A DNA stretch of 64,000 nt, from positions 78,430,001 through 78,494,000 of the forward strand of contig NC_042999.1 of assembly GCF_006345805.1 (NCBI RefSeq). Reading direction: 5' to 3'. This DNA comes from Octopus sinensis (lineage: Eukaryota). Shown piece after piece: positions 26,562 through 37,299 of this stretch. Within the stretch, counting starts at the first letter, position 1. The number at the start of each line of letters is the position of its first letter. The notes beneath the pieces were generated by a model. It was not told where the DNA came from. It ran no database searches and saw nothing but the letters and a program-made list of their open reading frames with translations. The translations under genes were made by a program, and so were the position numbers.

Positions 26562-28944
26562 CTGGAATGAGAAGAGGGATATTTTCGGTTTGACTGCCAG
26601 CATTTCCAAAAATCAAAGTTTACTGAAAATTTAAAAATTTGGCACAATAACACACTTGCCCAAACTGAAATGTTGGAGTTATTTAATTTTTTTTCCAGAA
26701 AAAATGGTCTTAAAATGTTATAGAGGTTTAAAGTTTGATAATTTTTCACCCAGTCATGAAACAGGATTTGGAAGCTGTCATTTTGTGCGTGACTACACAT
26801 TTTGTCATCAACATCCTGAAAATATTTGTCAATATTTTTAAACATGTGTTATGTCTCCAGTAATTTTCTTTCAAGTAAATAAATCTTATTTGGCTGTTAT
26901 TTTTAGCACACCCCACAACCACCAGCGTTTAATGCAAATGTGATAAAAATGTTACATGTGATAAACACATTACAATTTTTAATAGAGAGATTTGGAAGAA
27001 TTAGATGAAAGTTCTCTGGTAATTTTCTTTCGTGTAAATAAATATTTATATCAATTTGAAAATTTGCCAGCAAAATCTTATAAAATGATAATGTTCCAAA
27101 AGATGTACATGTTTATATGTTATATATGAAATTAAGAGTGAACAAAATATGCATAAAAACAAACATTTAAGCATGCAATAAGCAACACATTAACACACGT
27201 GCTTCTTTTCAGACTTTTGAAAGACTGTTACTACGGCAACAGGCAAAAGAGTTCTCATGTTCCGCTTGTTACTATTGAAACAGACATGAATGTGTCTGTG
27301 GCTTACGAGTGGCTATAATTACCAAAACTTTCAAACCTTAATTACTAATAACTCTTTATTTATTGATTTATAATGAAAATTACATTCACATTATTAAATA
27401 GTACAAAAGTGTATCATTACACTGAATATGAAATCAATTCGAATAGAAAATTGATGCTGGCAGACACTGACAGCCAAACAAAAGATCTGAGAAGAGATAT
27501 CTTTTTACAACACATAAGTTATGGCAGCAGATGATTAACTTGGACATCTACTGTTTGTATTTACGTACATATATATGTGTAGCATAGACTCGGTTTTAAT
27601 TCCTCTCTCCCTTTATTATATATACATGCATTCCAACGTAGCAGGGAACAGCTAGCCTTTGGTCGATATTTGGATCCCGTTGTGTCCACTACTCTGATTG
27701 GTTGGTATTGGCGCAATATGTCTCTTACTCGATTGCACCAACTGCCGCGTATAAATACGGTCACATGAGACAGCCTGTTCTCTTTTGAGCCTACAGGTCC
27801 TTATAAAAACTCATCTTTAACTCCTTTTGAAGTATTTTGCTTCCAGACCTTTTCAGGCCTAGCCACTGACCACACAAGGCACAACCAATTCCAGTGACAA
27901 CTCCAGACAACACCATTCCACAACAGTTACGTTGAGACTTACCAACTTCGTCCAACAGCATTAAGGCAACCTCCATCATGTCCTTAACATCGTCAGCATA
28001 ATCTCTCTACGTACACAGCCCAGCAAGCAACTCGCGCAGGTTCCGACACTTCACTATTTGTGAATTACTTCACCATGGATCAACAGTGAATATACAACCT
28101 GCAATAACTCCTGTATCAAGTGACCCGGGCAGCAACATCACAGCCACGACTTCACGTATGACATGTACCTGCAACCGACTCAGCATCATGTCTGCGACTT
28201 CTGGGTACAGTATTTCAACTACCGTGTACAATTGACTACGAACTGGTATTCTCTTTGTTGTGGCTAATGCTTAGCAGTATTTTGTCTGCCATTACATTCT
28301 GAGTTCAAATTCCACCGAGGTCGACTTTGCCTTTCGTCCTTTCGGGGTCGACTAAGTAAGTACCAGTTACGCACTGGGGTCGATGTAATCAACTTAATCC
28401 CTTTGTCGGTCCTTTTTTTGTCCCCTCTATGTTTGGTCCCCTGTGGGCAATAAAGAAATATATATGTTCTTTGCACGCGCATACATCTATGCTTACACGC
28501 ACACATACATTTGTTCTCATGACGGCCTGTCTAATATTCTGTATACATGACACACACAGACACATTCTACACGGATGTATCTCCTTTTTCCCTCTGGCAT
28601 TTATATGTACCATTCTATGTTTATATTTATTGTAAGGCCTATGTGATGTACTAAAGAGCTATTCTTGTCACCTCTCATCGCATGGTCCTTACATATGTTT
28701 GCCAAAGACTTGAAAGCGATCATAATATCGACATGATTTACAACCGCTACATGGATTTACAACTGCAGCGTCACATTATATTTCGAAGGTTGTGCATTTG
28801 CAATTCAAGAACAGGAGATTGCTACCAAATGTCTAATAAACAAAGATACATTTCTGATGAAGACATCACACATATAATCGGCAACCACCCAAAAATGCTA
28901 TCAAGGTACTACATCTCTATGCGACACAACGTTGTCGCTAAACC

Positions 28945-29750
28945 AATATATTATTTTCTACTCTAGGCACAAGGCCCAAAACTTTTGGGGATGGGGGCAG
29001 TCGATTACATCGACCCTAGTACGCAACTGGCACTTAATTTACTGACCCCGAACGAATGAAAGGCAAAGTCGACCTCGGCGGAATTTGAACTCAGAACGTA
29101 CGGACAGACGAAATACCTATTTCTTTACTACCCACAAGGGGCTATACACAGAGGGGACAAACAAGGGCAGACAAACGGATTAAATCGATTATATCGACCC
29201 CAGTGCGTAACTGGTACTTATCTAATCGACCCCGAAAGGATGAAAGGCAAAGTCGACCTCGGCGGAATTTGAACTCAGACCGTAAAGACAGGCGAAATAC
29301 CTATTTCTTTACTACCCACAAGGGGTTAAACACAGAGGAGACAAACAAGGACAGACAGACGGATTAAGTCGATTATATCGATCCCAGTGCGTAACTGGTA
29401 TTTAATTTATCGATCCCGAAAGGATGAAAGGCAAAGTCGACCTCGGGGGAATTTGAACTCAGAACGTAGCGGCAGACGAAATACCGATAAGCGTTTCGCC
29501 CGGCGTGCTAACGTTTCTTATTTCTTTATTGCCCACACGGGGCTAAACGTGGAGGGGACTAACAAGGACAGACAAAAAGGGATTAAGTCGATTGCATCGA
29601 CCTCAGTGCGTAACCGGTACTTAATTTATCGACCTCGAAAGGATGAAAGGCAAAGCCGACCTCGGCGGAATTTGAACTCAGAATGTAACGGCAGACGAAA
29701 TACCGCTAAGCATTTAGCCCGGCGTGCTAACGTTTCTGCCAGCTCGCAGC
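28945..29750 (-). mobile_element. Four head-to-tail copies of a second tRNA-SINE with a Meta-like central domain
   Basis: Repeated ctgagttcaaattccgccgaggtcgactttgcctttcatcctttcggggtcgat...aagtaccag; single copies at 28245-28455 and 60185-60410; duplicated at 43.8-44.6 kb. Confidence 0.85.
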
Positions 29751-29869
29751 TTTGCTAAACCAATGTATTATTACAATGCTATCCGAGAAAAAAAAAAGAA
29801 AAGAAAAAGACTGCTCTGGAATAAATATAGAGAACCTCAATATTGTTGAGTACATATATAAACATCAAC

Positions 29870-30140
29870 TGAAGAAATATTTGTGGAACCATTCCTATCA
29901 AAACTTCTATCAAGTGTAAACACAACAGGCCGGATATTGTTGTTTAGAACAAGCAAAAAAAATACGTACTATCACAGACGTCAGCTCCCCTACTTAAGTG
30001 AATATCTCTTCGAAATTCAAAGAGAAAGAGGGTAACTACAAACAATTGCTTCAAAATTTCCAACTTTCATACCTAGATTATAAATTCTCATTAATACCAA
30101 TAATAGGTAGTACACTTTGTTCTTCTGAATAAATGCCAAG
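29870..30140 (+). mobile_element. Degenerate restriction-like endonuclease fragment of an R2-superfamily LINE
   Basis: KCKHNRPDIVV...TDVSSP...KEKEGNYKQL...IPIIG across stops and frameshifts. Confidence 0.55.
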
Positions 30141-30278
30141 TTTTGAGGAAAAGAAATCAGTCAGCTAATTCGTTCATTACAAATACAATTTGTAAGCGGA
30201 ACTGCAAAAACCATGCAAAACTTTTCTTAAATTTAAAATGTGTTTGTGTGTACATACATACATTTACACACACACACA

Positions 30279-30358
<80 letters not shown>

Positions 30359-31849
30359 TTCATCCTTCCGGTGGTCGATGAAATAAGTACCAGTTGAACA
30401 ATGAGGTCAATGGGATCTTTACCTTTTGACCTACAGATTAAAAAAATAATTTTTTGTAACTAAACACTTTCAAACTTCGGACACTGGTAGAATGTCTCAT
30501 ATAAAACATGTTTTACTCTTAGCATTTTTGAGAAAATCTTATATTTACAAAGTTATTTCACGTTAAAGTTCTCGTATTTCGGTAATTAAGTACTAGTGAA
30601 ACATTGGGGTCGATGTAATGGACTAGACCCCTTCCCAGGGGAGCGGCGGGGGCTTCCCCGTTTTTGAACCAAAATAAACATCTTGTGGCACATTAGGAGG
30701 TCATGGAAATTGATTCCACGTGAAAAATCCGAGTTTCTTTTTGTGAAAAGCACTGGGGCGAGTTTGTAAAACTTTACCGTTTGTCTATCGACATGTATTG
30801 CACATTGCTCTCGTAAACTGGTTGTTATTTAATATTGTTACACAGTTATATATTATGCATTTTAATCGTAAACTAACCAGGACCTTAGGGAGCCAGTTAG
30901 TTTTTCTCCATTGGTAGCTCTTAGGGACCAAATTGGAGTTTGTTTAGTAAATATGCCCTTCGATTTTTATTTAAAAAAAAAGTAAGATGGCGGATGAGGA
31001 CTCTTCGTCCGCTGAAAAGGACAGCCAGTTATCTGTAGAACAGAACAGACAAATAATAAAAGTCAGCAGTTGCAGCAGCAGCAGCTACAACAGCAACAAC
31101 AACATAACGCATGAAATGTATGAAATTAACTTTCCGATGCTAAAAAAAACTCCGCACTGCCTTTACAGGAACAACACAAGAGATCAATGTCAACAAAAAG
31201 CAACAACAGCGAGAGTAGCTCCGAAAACAGCAGCAACAACAATCACTGCAGCAGTTGCAGTAGCAGCATCACCATCACCACCATCAACAACAACAGCAAT
31301 AGCATCAGAAACCCCCAAAACAACAACAACAACTGCAGTGTTGTTCCAGAGAGGTCTGAATCTGAAGATAAAGGCCATCTGCTCAGACGTTTTCAACTGT
31401 CTGACAGGTACCGACTGGATTTCTCGGATGTGCTAGAGTGGACATGGGTGACCCGCATCGGGTCATTTAGATAGTATTTGGACAAGGATAGTATAAGTTG
31501 TCCACTTTTTAAAACCATCGGCTACACATATTACAAATTTGTGATCTACACGGTTGATCTAGATAAACATCATAGGCAGGGACCCAGTTACTAGAAACTG
31601 AACATGTCACACTCGGCGTGTCAGACTTACAGAGACCAGATTAGCGAATTAGTTAAGTGGGCATTGATGGGTCAGTTGTGAACAACATGGTGGTTTACTC
31701 TGAAAAGGGCAATTAGAGTAAATCAATTAAACTTAGACATTTACAATAGAAAAAAAAATAGAATAGATGGAAACTTAGAAACTTAGAAGTGGGTCTTAGA
31801 AAGGCAAAGCAACCGATGTGCAGGTGGTGAGATGGGCCCTGGTCCAATT

Positions 31850-32450
31850 CTTCAACTATAAGCACGAAGCATGTATTGCCATAGCTAAGGTGTGTGCTTT
31901 AAGAAATGAGGGGATGAAAGCCACTCGATGGGCTCGAGTGGCAGAGACATAACATAGCAACAAAGCCACAATTCGTTTTTTTTGTGGATCAAAATTGAAG
32001 CATGGTACTTGAGCCCGAGCAGATGTGTCCAGCATTTCAGTAGCACTTTTCTCAACTGTTTGGAACAAATGGTTGGCCGAACACAAGATTGACTTCAGTA
32101 CCTACCTCAACGGTGTACCATAACTCGGCAAGGGGGTATCTACCACTTATCCAGGGACAAAGGGTAAGACCATCTAGCCTCTTCTCTTCACTTCTGGATA
32201 ATCTTGCCGGCTCCAGAACTGAGGTGATATTAACCCGATCCAGAGCCCACTTAATGATTAAGTTTAGTTTAGTGTGATGAGTGAAACAATCAGCATTTAG
32301 GCAGCAAGACAGACCGTAATGACCTGTATAATCGAGGGGCCTACCACAGCGACATCGCAGTTCCTCATAGATGTGGCCCCTCCACTCTGAGTGTGATGGA
32401 AATGTGGAAATGTCTAGACTGAGTAGACCACCAATGTTGGCCATAGGCAG
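31850..32450 (-). mobile_element. CRE-clade-like non-LTR retrotransposon C-terminus (CCHC finger plus restriction-like endonuclease)
   Basis: CRCGRPLDYTGHYGLSC...HHTKLNLIIKWAL...VLEPARLSRSEEKRLDGLTLCPW. Confidence 0.8.
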
Positions 32451-33074
32451 GACATCAAGCCAGTCCCCTGAGAATTTCGCATTTGTAGAAAGTCGAATCA
32501 GTCCTAGTATATTACTATTATTTACTTTTTACGACATTGGTATAGCAAAGCTGACTTCAAAGCGATTGGAACTCAGGATTGAGAGTGAAGGTGCTAAGAA
32601 TTATATATTTGAAAAAAATAGCTCAGAGGAGAAATTGAGAGATGGAATTCGCATAAGAAAACACAATAGTCAAGTTAGTGTTATCATATTTGAAGTGGTG
32701 AGACATAAAAAGTTAAATGCAAAACTTTATTATGAGGCGAGGTTAAGTCAACAACTCACTGGTAATATTTTAACATTTTCAACAAATAGGTACGGTTTCA
32801 TATGTCACTTCACTACCGAGCGCAGCTCTGTGTGCCTTGGGTATGTGCTGTGATTTGTTGTGATGCTCTGATGGTTATTGTATGTGTATGTTTGCGTGTA
32901 TATAGAAATAAAAACAATAAATTATAAAAACGATGAGATATAAAAATTAAGGTTGAAAGGGGATAAGGAAGTTAATGCAATATAAATGGCGCAATTACAA
33001 GCAAAAATAAAAAATAAATTAAAGGTGCTTGTTGCAGGAGATGTAGAGGCAGTCAGTAGGAGGAGGGGGTTGTG

Positions 33075-33962
33075 TTTATTCCATAGGAGATAGTTGTTCA
33101 TAGATTAAAAATATAGCGCTCTTCCTGGCGGAGTCGTGAGTGTGTGGATCCGTCGTGTAGAGCGAGGCCAAAGACGGAGATGTTAGAGGGGGAATGGTTG
33201 GCCAAGCGAAAGTGACGGGCGACGGGGGTGTTTGAGCGTGGACGAACATCCATTAGATGTTCGGTGATGCCCGTCTGACCAACATATAGTTTGTCACAGA
33301 GGTTGCATCTAATACAGTATATGAGGCTAGAAGAAGTGCAAGAGAAGGAATTTGTTATGCGAAGAGTTTGCTGATTAGAACCAGTGAGAAAAGTAGTGTT
33401 AGTGATGAAGGGGCAGGTGTTGCAGCGGGATCTGGAGCACGGGAAGGATCCGGGTGGGGCTGGGGGTAAGAGGAGAAGGTGCTACGGACCAGAAGATCGC
33501 GTAGGTTTCAGGAGGACAAGGGTGGGTTGGGGAATTGCGTAGGTTTAAAGGAGGACAAGGGTGGGTTGGGGAAAATGGGGTGGGTGGTGGGATCGAGAAG
33601 GAGACGACGGAAGGCCCGTAGTATCCTCCGACGAAGGGGTAGAGTGGAGGGGTGGAAAAGGAGGAGAAAAAGGTGTGTGGTTAGGGGGTTGGTGAGAGGA
33701 AGGAGAAAGGGCGGTGATGCGATCGATTCGACAAGCGCGGTCAAGGGCATTTTGGACAAGGGTTGCCTGAACAGGCAGGCAAGGTACTGGGACTGGGTCT
33801 CAAAATCCTGGTCCCGGCTACATAAGCGTCGGAGGCAGAGAAACTGGGAGCAGGGGATGGCCCGTTTGGTGTGGAAGGGAGGGGAGGAGAAGTTGAAGTA
33901 GAGGTGGGAATCTGTGGGTTTGAAGAAGGTGGAGATGGTAAGAGAGTGGGAGGGGTGGTCAA
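33075..33962 (-). mobile_element. Penelope-like element 3' fragment (RT thumb plus GIY-YIG endonuclease)
   Basis: FFKPTDSHLYFNFSS...KRAIPCSQFLCLRRLCS, then FSCTSSSLIYCIRCNLCDKLYVGQTG...EHLMDVR...PVARHF. Confidence 0.88.
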
Positions 33963-33967
33963 TGGTG

Positions 33968-34769
33968 TGTATATATATATATATAAACGGCAGTTTGTCT
34001 GTCTGTGTGTCTGTGTGTCTGTCAGGTTGTACCCTCACCCTGAACACGGCTTTCAACCGATTCTGATGAAACTTGACACACACATAGCCCAATGTCATAA
34101 TTCAAAACTAACTAAAATTTTGAAAAGTTCACCCAGTTCTGAAAAAAATTCGATAAATTCGACATGGGTCGAGAATCTAAGCTTTTTATATGCAACACAT
34201 TTTCTACAGACTGTCTAGGGGACGCAACTCGACCTTTTTAACTCTCGGAACACGTGGGATAAGTATCCCAAAATGTATAAAAGTGTACAAAAACGGCAAA
34301 AAAGCGGGCAGCAATGTAAGTGACAACAACGAAAAAGTCAAAAGTGACCAAACTGAACAAACGAATGGAAAAGGTTTTTTGATGCACACGAAAAAGCGTT
34401 TATAATAAACCAAGAGTTTGCAAGTAGCGTCCGAGGACCTTATGGTACGTCAAAAATTTAAGGTAAAACGTTTGGGGTGGTAGTTATAAAGAAAGTGTAA
34501 ACAAAAAAAAGTATTCGAATAACTTGCGGCTGCAGCAGCTATTAGCAGAAGTGGCGGTGTTGGGGGTAAAGTCTCGAATGTATTTCTTCCTGGTAGGAAT
34601 TGGTTGGGTTGAATTATCGATAGCTGTTTGATAGTTATTTGGGAGTGAAGAGAAGACATTGCACCTACACATGCGCCTTCGTTCCCTAGTGGGAAAGGAC
34701 TAGATTGGGATTAGTCGTTGCCTACTAGGGGCTCTTACATACCCGGGCAACGCCGGGCTATGCTGCTAG
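33968..34769 (+). mobile_element. Non-autonomous Helitron-like element
   Basis: 5' tatataaa...gtttgtctgtctg; 3' hairpin cccgggcaacgccggg followed by CTAG|T. Confidence 0.8.
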
Positions 34770-34788
34770 TATATATATATATATACCT

Positions 34789-35740
34789 ATCTACTACATA
34801 TGTGGAAAATCGGTGCATTTGTTTGTGGCGTTCTTAGCTAGCTCCTCCTACATCGCTTTATTGATTTTGATGAAACTTCACACGTGAGAAGAACTCATGT
34901 CTGGAAACCTCGTGACATACTTAAATTGTTGAAACAAATCAATAATACGGCCCTGCTGGGAAATGTATAACTGCTGCCATTCGCAGAAAAAAACTATTGT
35001 CTTGCCGTGAGAAAAGCGCTGTGGAAGTGTTAAGTAAAATTTGGCAATCGAGGATCGAATCCACGCTATGTCTGCATTAAGCCACTACAAATACGTTGGG
35101 GAATAAAGAATTTTAGCGAAGCGATCAATGTTTGATTCTCACGATCAGCCGACCTAATTTTGCATTTCACTACTTACAGTTTTGAACTGCTAAACATCAT
35201 TATTGCACTTCCTTAATTTGAATCTTAAACATTAAAGACTTCATTCATACATTTCTATACATATATACTTTTCTGAATGCCCATTACTCTGATAATTCTG
35301 CATTTTTACAGTTACGTTCTTTCCATGACAGTTGATTAATATTTTATTCCACAACGTATTTGCAGTGGCTTCATGCAGGCATAGCGTGGATTCGATCCTT
35401 GATTGCCAAATTTCATTAACACTTCAGCGTTAGTTTTTCTGCGAATGGCAGCAGTTATAAATTTCCCAGCAGTTATACGTTTCCCTAAGCTGAAAATGTC
35501 TTTACCTCACGCCAACCTCTCTCACCAACCTCCGACAAACTTTCTCGGCAACCTCCGAAAACCTCTCTCGTCAACCTCCAACAATCTCTCTCTCCTTCAG
35601 CTGAGAGTTTTTTGTACTTTTTCGTGACGGAAAATACAACTTTTGTGGCAGTTATGACGAAATTGCTTTCTTATATCAGAGTAATAAGGTGTTCCAATAG
35701 AACATATTTACTCCCGGGAATTACCGGATACACCGGCTAG
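34789..35740 (+). mobile_element. Second Helitron-like element with a nested inverted repeat
   Basis: 5' atcta...; 3' cccgggaattaccgg...CTAG|T. Confidence 0.55.
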
Positions 35741-35744
35741 TATA

Positions 35745-35767
35745 TACATACATACATACATACATAA

Positions 35768-35826
<59 letters not shown>

Positions 35827-35875
35827 CTATATATATGTATATATATATCTGTATATATATATATATGTATATATA

Positions 35876-35935
<60 letters not shown>

Positions 35936-36303
35936 ATATATTATATGTATATAATATATATGTATATATATATATGTATATATATATGTATATATATATA
36001 TATATGTATATATAGCAATAATAATTCTCTAAACGAAACCCCCCCACCGCCCTGCCCTGCGCCTAGCCACATTCAAATGGCTAATGTCCCTTATGTTATG
36101 TATATATATATGTATATATATGTATATCTATATATATGTATATATATGAGTATATATATATATGTATATATATATGTATATATATGTATATATTATATAT
36201 ATGTAGATATATATATATATGTATTATATGTATATATATGATATATATGTATATATATATTTAATATATATCATTATATATAACTGTAATATGTATATAT
36301 ATG

Positions 36304-36335
<32 letters not shown>

Positions 36336-36420
36336 TATATTATAGTATAATATATATATGTATATATATATATGTATATATATATAGTATATAATATATG
36401 TATATATATATGTATATATG
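35745..36420. repeat. (TA)n microsatellite tracts
   Basis: Directly visible; abuts the 480-bp array. Confidence 0.9.
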
Positions 36421-36573
36421 TAAAACTTTTCCTCTCCCGAAATGCAATTTTGTAAAAGTTTGCCATTCACCCGGATGTAATATATATAAACTCACCCATG
36501 TGCTTCGTTGATGTTGATCAGTTAGCTGTTCGGCTTAAGCGAGGCAGGGTCGTTGTTTATTTATAATACATTC

Positions 36574-36621
36574 AGGCCTGCTGATGATTACGTAAGTATG
36601 AAATCACTGTGATACAGGCCT
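36574..36621 (+). ncRNA. Type I hammerhead ribozyme (minimal)
   Basis: AGGCCUG-CUGAUGA-U[UAC(GUAA)GUA]U-GAA-AUCA(CUG)UGAU-A-CAGGCCU: 7-bp stem I, intact core; predicted cleavage after 36614. Confidence 0.85.
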
Positions 36622-37054
36622 ATATTTTTAAATGTCTTATTTGAAAAATTGCATTCGGTGGGATTAGTAATATTTTTGTTAGAGAAATGACTGATTGTCC
36701 CTCTTAGCGTTTGGCATGTATATATAATGCCCCTGGCATGTATGTAAATTATGCCCTCTATATAAATTAATATGTTCAATAAGAAATAATTATTTTCGAA
36801 ATTTTTTCTCTTATGAGGTTTTTACGCTATCTACCTGACAATTTCTTGTTAAGTTTTCCTTATTAAGTAGTTGTCCTTAATTGCAAAAATTTTATTCCGA
36901 AAAAACTTTTCCTCTCCCGAAATGCAATTTTGTAAAAGTTTGCCATTCACCCGGATGTAATATATATAAACTCACCCATGTGCTTCGTTGATGTTGATCA
37001 GTTAGCTGTTCGGCTTAAGCGAGGCAGCGGTCGTTGTTTATTTATAATACATTC

Positions 37055-37102
37055 AGGCCTGCTGATGATTACGTAAGTATGAAATCACTGTGATACAGGC
37101 CT
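37055..37102 (+). ncRNA. Type I hammerhead ribozyme (second copy)
   Basis: Identical to 36574-36621; predicted cleavage after 37095, 481 nt downstream. Confidence 0.85.
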
Positions 37103-37299
37103 ATATTTTTAAATGTCTTACTTTGAAAATTGCTTCGGGGGATTAGTATATTTTTGGTAGAAATGACTGATTGTCCCTCTTAGCGTTTGGCATGTATATA
37201 TAATGCCTCCTGGCATGTATGTATAATTATGCCCTCTATATATAAATGTATATATATATGTATATATATATATGTATATACATTCGTCGTAATTGACCA

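Larger units (their letters stand above)
36423..37235 (+). repeat. About 1.7 tandem copies of a 480-481 bp non-coding unit with one hammerhead per unit
   Basis: Unit start aaacttttcctctcccgaaatgc at 36423 and 36903; flanked by (TA)-rich tracts on both sides. Confidence 0.9.

Noticed and set aside
32785-32835. Hammerhead-like GTGAAG...GAAACCGTAC on the minus strand, downstream of the Penelope GIY-YIG
   Set aside because: The position fits a pseudo-LTR, but the core and stems are too degenerate to call.
34055-34085. CTGATGA motif in the Helitron (also at about 25465, 28855 and 52069)
   Set aside because: No stem II/GAAA/stem III/stem I arrangement could be built.
35721-36470. Many YI/IY/CV/HT-rich ORFs (also at 45-46, 49-51, 54, 57 and 61 kb and elsewhere)
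   Set aside because: Translations of (TA)n, (TG)n and (CA)n microsatellites.
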